NCBI GenBank assembly: GCA_039798445.1
Contig: JBDKFZ010000012.1
Span: 2,407-66,406 of the forward strand
Direction of reading: 5' to 3'
From: Candidatus Parcubacteria bacterium
Lineage (GTDB): Bacteria; Patescibacteriota; Minisyncoccia; Phycocordibacterales; EsbW-18
Length of the DNA: 64,000 nt
Of the stretch, positions 57,659 through 64,000 are shown in pieces (within the stretch, counting starts at the first letter, position 1; every line of letters starts with the position of its first letter). A program made the position numbers and the translations under genes. The notes beneath the pieces were generated by a model. That model saw only the letters and a list, made by a program, of their open reading frames with translations, was not told where the DNA came from and ran no database searches.

Positions 57659-60310
57659 CTACAACCCGTTCACGTACGCTCTCGTTACCGGCCCAAAGAA
57701 TCCTACGGCAGGTGTGATGCCGACAGATGCTTGGTATTCAACCAAAGCTGCTTGTGTCAGTGGTCCAAAAAAGCCCGTGGCACCGTTTGCTGCGAGTGAT
57801 TGTGCTGCAGGGCCTTTGTTTTGTGCGATGAGGAAGAGTTGGAGTTGGAGGACGTCGTCACCTTGTGAGCCAATGTCGAGATCACGGGTGTAAAGGTTAG
57901 ATGTTGTTGGAGTGCCGAGGAATGCGAGCATCGCTGGTGACGGGGTGCCGCCTTGTGCGATGAACTCTACAATTAAACTCCTCAATGTTTCAAAGAGATC
58001 GGTGTCCTCGCGGAATGACGGCGGGTTACTGATGGGTTTTCGATGGGTGCTACCTCCCCCACCACCGCCGCCGCTGTTATCGTCATCTGGCTCTTCCTCA
58101 TCTTCAACACCTTCGTCCCACACAAACACATCACGATCATCATTTGTATCGCTTTCAACAAGATCAGTTGCGTCTGAAGCAAAGGCGACAACATGACCGT
58201 CTCCTGAAACAGAACCTCCATTTCCACCGACGAGTGAATTCTCTGTTATGTGAAGAAGTGTATCTGATTCTCTATCGTAACGGAAAATGTTGTTCGTCTG
58301 TCCCTCTCCACCATCTGTAGATCTTGTAAAAACAACATACCGCCCATCTGAAGAAATGCTCGGTTTACCGGTGCTCTCCTCATCATCGTCAATCAATCGA
58401 TCAATAGTGTCGGTGTCGCGATCATAGACAAAAACTCCCCATTTGGTACTGGTGTCTCCTGAAACAAGATTTGTGGCATCAGAGGCAAAAGCTATATAAC
58501 GCCCATCAGATGAGAGAGCAATTTCCTGTCTCGCGTCGTTGTTTCCTTCCACCCCTTCGTCTGACACGCTCACACGTTCGATGGTTTCTCCCACACGATC
58601 GTACACAAACACATCATTCCTACCGTTCGTGTCGTCCACAACAAGGTCCGTAGAAGCTGAGACAAGAACGACATGTGTGCCATCTTTCGAGATTACCCCG
58701 AGGCGAGATTGCCCATCAGATCCCGACGTGATGTTGGTTTCTGTGTCGAGCTCTCGATCGTGGAGAATGATGTCATATCTCCCATCGCTATCTAGGCGTT
58801 GCGTATAGACCACATAGCGTCCATCATCAGAAATAGATGGCGACTCAAAGGAGTCTCCAGACACCCCATCTGTATTTACCTGTTCAATACTACCGAGCGT
58901 CCTGTCATAGAGAAAAATGTCGACTGAACCAGATATGTTGTCCGTTAAGTTCTCCGCAGCTGACGAAAAAACAACATACCTACCGTCTGAAGAAATATAC
59001 GGACTGATCGAGTGTCCATCCCCTTCTTCTCCTGCTATATTCGCACTCGCGAGTTCGATGGTATCCGTATCGCGATCGTAGACGAAGATATCCCGGCTGT
59101 CATTGGTATCTTCCAAAACAAGATTCGTAGCGTCTGACTCAAAGACGATATACCTACCATCTTCAGAAAGCTGTGGGGGTAGGTTCGCCGAGTCACCGTC
59201 CGCCTCCTCCCCCTCATCGTTTACACTCACGCGCTCAAATTCAAACGTTGGGGGTGGTAGCGTTGTAAAATTCCATGTCGTTTCGTCAGCGATACCCGTA
59301 AATCCAACGATTGCTGTGCTATCGATGGTAAAATAATAATCCGTACTCCTCTCCAAATCGACTGCTGGATGCAATGTCAACGTAGCGTTAGAAATAGTGA
59401 CCTCCTCTTCGACGCTCACATCAAACGTATCTACAACGCTGTCATCACTCGCTTTGTAGAGAGTTATATTCCCTGTTCCACCATAAATATTCTTATCAAA
59501 TTCTATTGTATAACTATCTAAAACAATCGAGACACCTGTTTCACCATCGGCAGGATTAAGCGTCACAATCGCTGGGGCGGCCTCCGTGGTGAAATTCCAT
59601 GTTGTTTCGTCAGTGATGCCGGCGAAAGGAACTATCGCACCCACATCAATGAGAATGTAGTATTCCGTTGCTGGTTCAAAGAGATCTAGGCGTGAAAAAT
59701 ACACTCCTTGATTTTCTACTGTCACCTCTTCGTCATTAGTTATGTCCCACGTTTCAACAATACTGTCATCGCTCGCTTTATAAAGCGTTATATTGCCCGT
59801 GTCCGTGTAAACCAGCCCATCAAAATAAATAGAAACGGGATCCTCCGGATTCAAGGAAGCATCTATCGCATCGTCCCCTGGTGAAAGTGAGTCGATTCCG
59901 CGTGGTGTATCATATGCATCTGTTGTAAAGCTCCAAGTCGTTTCGTCAGAAATACCTGCAAAGTCAACTATTGCCCCTGCGTCGATTTGAAAATAATATT
60001 CTGTACTCGTTGCAAGATCAGTATCGATGAGTACATAGACAACCACTCCAGAAAAATTTGCCTCCTCAGGGTCAGTGACATCGAGCGTCTCGACTACGCT
60101 ATCATCGCTCGCTTTGTAGAGCGTTATGTTTCCTGTTCCCGCAACTATTGCTTCATCAAAAATAAGATAATATGCCTGTTGGTCATTGAATATTGTCGTA
60201 TTAACTGCATCATCTTCAGGAGACAGGTTTGTTACTACGGCCGCCTGCGCAAAAAGGGGCAGGCAAGCCGAAATAAGAAAAAGAAACGACGCTAGGAGGA
60301 ATCTCCTCAT
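57659..60310 (-). CDS. Secreted modular protein: 3 Big_5-like domains, TolB/PD40 propeller, PG-binding-like domain
   Basis: Three GTGNITLYKASDDS...TW(S/N)FT repeats; SxDGRYVVF blades. Confidence 0.85.
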   Translation of the reverse strand: MRRFLLASFLFLISACLPLFAQAAVVTNLSPEDDAVNTTIFNDQQAYYLIFDEAIVAGTGNITLYKASDDSVVETLDVTDPEEANFSGVVVYVLIDTDLATSTEYYFQIDAGAIVDFAGISDETTWSFTTDAYDTPRGIDSLSPGDDAIDASLNPEDPVSIYFDGLVYTDTGNITLYKASDDSIVETWDITNDEEVTVENQGVYFSRLDLFEPATEYYILIDVGAIVPFAGITDETTWNFTTEAAPAIVTLNPADGETGVSIVLDSYTIEFDKNIYGGTGNITLYKASDDSVVDTFDVSVEEEVTISNATLTLHPAVDLERSTDYYFTIDSTAIVGFTGIADETTWNFTTLPPPTFEFERVSVNDEGEEADGDSANLPPQLSEDGRYIVFESDATNLVLEDTNDSRDIFVYDRDTDTIELASANIAGEEGDGHSISPYISSDGRYVVFSSAAENLTDNISGSVDIFLYDRTLGSIEQVNTDGVSGDSFESPSISDDGRYVVYTQRLDSDGRYDIILHDRELDTETNITSGSDGQSRLGVISKDGTHVVLVSASTDLVVDDTNGRNDVFVYDRVGETIERVSVSDEGVEGNNDARQEIALSSDGRYIAFASDATNLVSGDTSTKWGVFVYDRDTDTIDRLIDDDEESTGKPSISSDGRYVVFTRSTDGGEGQTNNIFRYDRESDTLLHITENSLVGGNGGSVSGDGHVVAFASDATDLVESDTNDDRDVFVWDEGVEDEEEPDDDNSGGGGGGGSTHRKPISNPPSFREDTDLFETLRSLIVEFIAQGGTPSPAMLAFLGTPTTSNLYTRDLDIGSQGDDVLQLQLFLIAQNKGPAAQSLAANGATGFFGPLTQAALVEYQASVGITPAVGFFGPVTRAYVNGL

Positions 60311-60413
60311 GATTTTAGTATATCAGACCCGCTATTTGGGGCGATTACATTGCCCCCAATCATAATACCGGCACCATTGCTGTAGCTTTTTGAGGGGCAT
60401 ATACTTGGTTCAT

Positions 60414-60698
60414 ATGGATCAGAAGAAAGCTCTAACAATGGATGTGCTCAAAGCCCTGGTTGTAGTTATATCCGGAGCCGCACTCGTCTCGCACTACAGC
60501 GCTTCAAATCCTTCGAGCGCGTTATCAAACGAGCCGCGCCCCGAAATCGTTCGTCAGGGCGAACAACTCGGTACGCCCCGATCTTTTGTCTGTGCGAAAG
60601 ATTCTTTGGCTCAGGACGAGAATGATGTTTTGGCGATGGAATACAGCAATACAAAAACAGTGGACTGCATGTTCGTAGGCTGTGGAGGTATCTTCTAG
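60414..60698 (+). CDS. Small secreted or membrane protein ending in CMFVGCGGIF
   Basis: TATACT 8 nt before the ATG; N-terminal hydrophobic segment; stop overlaps the convergent gene's stop (CTAG at 60695-60698). Confidence 0.7.
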   Translation: MDQKKALTMDVLKALVVVISGAALVSHYSASNPSSALSNEPRPEIVRQGEQLGTPRSFVCAKDSLAQDENDVLAMEYSNTKTVDCMFVGCGGIF

Positions 60699-62089
60699 TT
60701 AACAATAGACTCTAAGAACTCTTTTTGATTTATAAAAGAGTCTTTTATCTCTTTTTCTGAGTACCCCGCCTTCTGCAATTCACTCAATCGTAGAAACGGG
60801 AATCGTACCTGCATCGCCATCAGTTCTTTCTCCGTCATCATGTAGGTGAGTGTGTCGTCTATCCTCCAAACAGACTGCGCATACGGCATGTAGAGCAACG
60901 AATACGCAGACCTCGTTGTGTGTAAGAATCCCGGAGAGATGACGAAATTGCTCTCTACTCGTTGAGACATCTCTAAGATGTCAGTGAACAGAGCCACGGA
61001 ATTGAGCGCCGGAGCGATTACACCAAACTGATTTTCCATGAGGCTTTCATATTCTGCGGATGTCGTAGCGATGTCGTGTGTATCGAGAAAATCAAGGGTC
61101 ATTATCCTGGGATAAAACGTCAGGTTGGTGCATTCATACGTAACGGCCTCTGGCTGACTATAAAAAGGAAGTCCCCTTTCCCTCAATCGCACACTGATGA
61201 GATCCCTGTCTGTTGGTGACAAAATACGAAAATAGCTTTCATCAACCAACTTCGGGATGAATACTCTTTTATCATCAATGGAGCCGTAAACGGCATAGAG
61301 CGAATGTGGCGAACCTCTCCAACAGGAAGAGGGAGCGAGATACGGCCCACTCACCTCTTGTTCTATTCGTATAAAAGGTAGATTCTCTCGAATCGTTTTA
61401 CTATTCGTATCTGTATCGTCTACTTTCTGGACTTCGCGCGATAGATCATCGCGATTTCGAACAATCTCTCGAATATCACAACCTCTATTCTCCAGGAGAC
61501 ACTTTTTACGTCGTGCTATCTCCTCTTTGAGTGTGAGGCCGTTCTTATATATCTTCTCGAAATCTTTTTGGACGATCTCCTCGGATGTCCCGCTCTCGAT
61601 GAAGAAATAATAGCGAGGATCCGCTGTTGGGGCTTGCGCTTCTATCTTTGCAAATGCATCCAAGGTCGAAGAAGCTGATTCGATGTAGGCATCTGCGGCT
61701 TCTTCATATGTATCCAAGAGCCCTTTTGCCTTGTTTGAGTCCGGGTCATGAAAAAAATCTTCCGTCAGCACAGCTATCTCCGGAAGTGCGCTCAAGAATC
61801 TGCTTGGAAAAAGTTCGTACTCTCTGAGAATTCCCACGTACTCAGAGAACCTTTTGTCTTTTCTGTTCTCTATAGTCCCAATGACGGTGTCGCGTAGTCT
61901 CTTTTCTGAAAAAGCTATCTCGTCTACAGCACCTCCGAAATCATCGTCCATGAAGGGCGAATACAGGAGCGGGTCTTCTTTGGTTATTTTCTCAAAAGCT
62001 TCCAGCCCTGGAGCGGTTTTGTGAGCAGATGAGAACCAGACTACGCCACCGACGATTACAAGAAATGCGACGATGATGGTATTTCTCAT
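60695..62089 (-). CDS. Membrane-anchored hypothetical protein (464 aa)
   Basis: Long ORF with an N-terminal TM helix; start overlaps the stop of the upstream ligase gene. Confidence 0.8.
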   Translation of the reverse strand: MRNTIIVAFLVIVGGVVWFSSAHKTAPGLEAFEKITKEDPLLYSPFMDDDFGGAVDEIAFSEKRLRDTVIGTIENRKDKRFSEYVGILREYELFPSRFLSALPEIAVLTEDFFHDPDSNKAKGLLDTYEEAADAYIESASSTLDAFAKIEAQAPTADPRYYFFIESGTSEEIVQKDFEKIYKNGLTLKEEIARRKKCLLENRGCDIREIVRNRDDLSREVQKVDDTDTNSKTIRENLPFIRIEQEVSGPYLAPSSCWRGSPHSLYAVYGSIDDKRVFIPKLVDESYFRILSPTDRDLISVRLRERGLPFYSQPEAVTYECTNLTFYPRIMTLDFLDTHDIATTSAEYESLMENQFGVIAPALNSVALFTDILEMSQRVESNFVISPGFLHTTRSAYSLLYMPYAQSVWRIDDTLTYMMTEKELMAMQVRFPFLRLSELQKAGYSEKEIKDSFINQKEFLESIVN

Positions 62090-63372
62090 ATCTCTGCGAG
62101 CATTATCTTGGCGACCGCTTTTCCCGAAACCGAAGAAAGCTCCGCAAAACGTACTTCGAGCGGATTAAAGAGCCCTGTCAGAACAGCTTCTTTGAGATTC
62201 ATAGATGGGGACACTCTAAAGTACTCCATGAATTCGGACCGTATCTTTTCTTTGAGGCTCTCAGTTGCTTGGACATTCTGATTTACCATGACCGTAAGCT
62301 CCATAGAGATTTTCGGTTTGTTGTCGAGATATTCTTCTTTCATCCTGACCTCGAAATGCGGCGTAAGGAACTCCTTGAGCCTCAGTAAAGGGGTTTCTAT
62401 CATGTCTCTCCTGATCTCAAAGCCGCCAGCTTTGACGAAATCATTGAACATCCTTCCCTTTACCAAAAGCAGTGGCTCTTTGTTGTCACACTCACACTGT
62501 TTATCCACAAAACATGCGCGGTCTCCCGTTCTATATCGAATCAGGGGTGTGGCGAGATTTGTAAAATCCGTGACCACCAATTCGCCATCCTGACCGTCTG
62601 GCACGTGCTTCCCTGTCTCTGGATCCAATATCTCAAGAAAGAAATGCTCGTTCATCGGATGAAGAAGAATCTCATCATGCGCACGGGCCAACATAGGACA
62701 TTGAATAGCGCACTTCCCTATCTCACCTGAACCGTAGAGCGTAAAGACTTCTTGGTCCGGATAGAGCGACTGTATGTATTCTTTCTTCGAAGGTGTGACG
62801 AGCTCTCCGGTTAATCTGATGTATTTCAACGTAGCGAGAAGCGAAGGATCATTCTCCAGATATTTTTTAAGCACAATCATCATCGTGGGGGTGCTGAGAA
62901 TCGTCCGTATCTTCGCTCGCGCGGCCAGCGAGATGGTGGCGGGTAGATTATGTATGTCACCGATCATCGACATGCGGTTTATCAAAAAGGTGTAGTACAT
63001 GATTGAGCTCGCTCGTAGCGGGCCAAAGAGGATGAGCATCCTTCCAAAATCTCCCGTCTCTAAATCTTTCCTTACCGCTTTCGAGGATGGTGTGTTGTAT
63101 GTCACCATCGGCTTGTTCGAGGTGGTGCCCGAAGTCGCCGACATCGTGACAACATCTTCTTCTGGCACAAAAAGGAGATTCTCATGCCCAAAATCTAAAA
63201 GCTCCTCTTTTGTTGTTAGGGGAATCTTTTCGATATCCTCGAACGAATTAAAGCCGGCGCTGGGGTCGAACCCTGCCGCGGTGAACTTGTCGAGATAAAA
63301 ACTGCTGTGTTTATTCTCAAAAACAAACTTCAACAACTCCTTCCAATCCCCTATACCCAGTGTCTTTTTCAT
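62086..63372 (-). CDS. Phenylacetate-CoA ligase (PaaK)-like adenylate-forming enzyme
   Basis: IPLTTKEEL, SATSGTT, LYGSGEIG, GELVVTDF, PLIRYRTGD, KGR...VKAGG. Confidence 0.88.
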   Translation of the reverse strand: MKKTLGIGDWKELLKFVFENKHSSFYLDKFTAAGFDPSAGFNSFEDIEKIPLTTKEELLDFGHENLLFVPEEDVVTMSATSGTTSNKPMVTYNTPSSKAVRKDLETGDFGRMLILFGPLRASSIMYYTFLINRMSMIGDIHNLPATISLAARAKIRTILSTPTMMIVLKKYLENDPSLLATLKYIRLTGELVTPSKKEYIQSLYPDQEVFTLYGSGEIGKCAIQCPMLARAHDEILLHPMNEHFFLEILDPETGKHVPDGQDGELVVTDFTNLATPLIRYRTGDRACFVDKQCECDNKEPLLLVKGRMFNDFVKAGGFEIRRDMIETPLLRLKEFLTPHFEVRMKEEYLDNKPKISMELTVMVNQNVQATESLKEKIRSEFMEYFRVSPSMNLKEAVLTGLFNPLEVRFAELSSVSGKAVAKIMLAEI

Positions 63373-63440
63373 ACTGTATAAAAACACCTTATCACACCGT
63401 TGCGGTGACTGCTTGTCCGCCTATCGGCTCCTCCTAATAT

Positions 63441-63471
63441 AAAACAACCCCGCATAATGCGGGGTTGTTTT
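63441..63471 (-). terminator. Bidirectional-type terminator
   Basis: aaaacaaccccgca-taa-tgcggggttgtttt. Confidence 0.85.
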
Positions 63472-63484
63472 ATAACCAGAAGTC

Positions 63485-64000
63485 CTAGTCGAGCTCGCTA
63501 TCGATATCATCCAAAACATCATTGAGTTCATCGATGATGTCGATGACTTCATCCCAATCTTCGTCGTCGAAAGCATCTTCTGCGTCGTCGAGAAGGTCGT
63601 TCGCTTCATCGAGAAGGTCTTCTGCGTCGTCGACATTGTCTCCATCATCTTCAGCTTCGCTAATGTCATCTTCCGCGCTATTGATATCGTCCTCTGCCTC
63701 ATCGATTGCATCTTGAGCATCTTCTTCGTCTGCATCACTGCTGTCATTACTGTCACCGTCAACCTCATCTTGAGCATCGTCGGCGCTATTGCGAGCCTCG
63801 TCTGCATAATCAGTAGCCTCGGCATAATCACCATTGAGGAATGCACGGAATGCATCAAAGATGCTTTCGTTTGCCTCATCGATCATGTCTTCTGCATCAC
63901 CGGTATCTTCATCGTCATCTTCAGCACTATTGAACTCCTTCTCGGCATCTTCAATCGATTCAATAGCGGCCTTGAGACGAGTGCGGGCGTCCTTCTCCGC
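63485..64000 (-). CDS. Highly acidic helical-repeat protein, 5' end beyond the window
   Basis: Frame stays open to 64000 (AEKDARTRLKAAIESIEDAEKE...). Repeated A-x-x-AI-x-x-AE...AEDL/MID/LDEAN units. Confidence 0.8.
   Translation of the reverse strand, partial: AEKDARTRLKAAIESIEDAEKEFNSAEDDDEDTGDAEDMIDEANESIFDAFRAFLNGDYAEATDYADEARNSADDAQDEVDGDSNDSSDADEEDAQDAIDEAEDDINSAEDDISEAEDDGDNVDDAEDLLDEANDLLDDAEDAFDDEDWDEVIDIIDELNDVLDDIDSELD

Noticed and set aside
46638-57965. DGR template/variable repeat pairs among the similar 3' ends of surface genes
   Set aside because: Differences are mostly synonymous and not adenine-restricted, every copy is coding, and there is no reverse transcriptase in the window.

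Overview
Chromosomal segment of a small-genome bacterium, most likely Patescibacteria/CPR (Parcubacteria-like). This placement is inferred from gene content, split comEC, an intron-bearing unlinked 23S gene and leaderless-type promoters. Standard code 11 applies (TGA is used as stop). The window holds a partial rodA and a 23S-tRNA(Ile)-5S unit with its own promoter and no 16S; the 23S carries a group I intron at the L2593-equivalent site and a hairpin insertion. It also holds an ASCH-like/shikimate-dehydrogenase fusion, rpsL-rpsG-fusA, rpmB, recJ, rnhA, pgk, tpiA, sod, mscL, a type IV pilus cluster, an ECF sigma/anti-sigma pair, and two clusters totalling seven large secreted modular proteins (about 23 kb) built from shuffled beta-propeller, Ig-like, protease and peptidoglycan-binding modules. 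Best candidates for undescribed biology: (1) the combinatorial surface-protein family, (2) a PaaK-like ligase, a membrane-anchored protein and a Cys-motif peptide locus, (3) a structured ~260-nt element with a strong SD and a 6-aa ORF upstream of rpsL, (4) dispersed ~110-nt structured repeats just downstream of stop codons plus heptamer-repeat hairpins, one overlapping a prepilin start, and (5) the ASCH-AroE fusion. All calls come from reading the sequence by eye; no searches were run.
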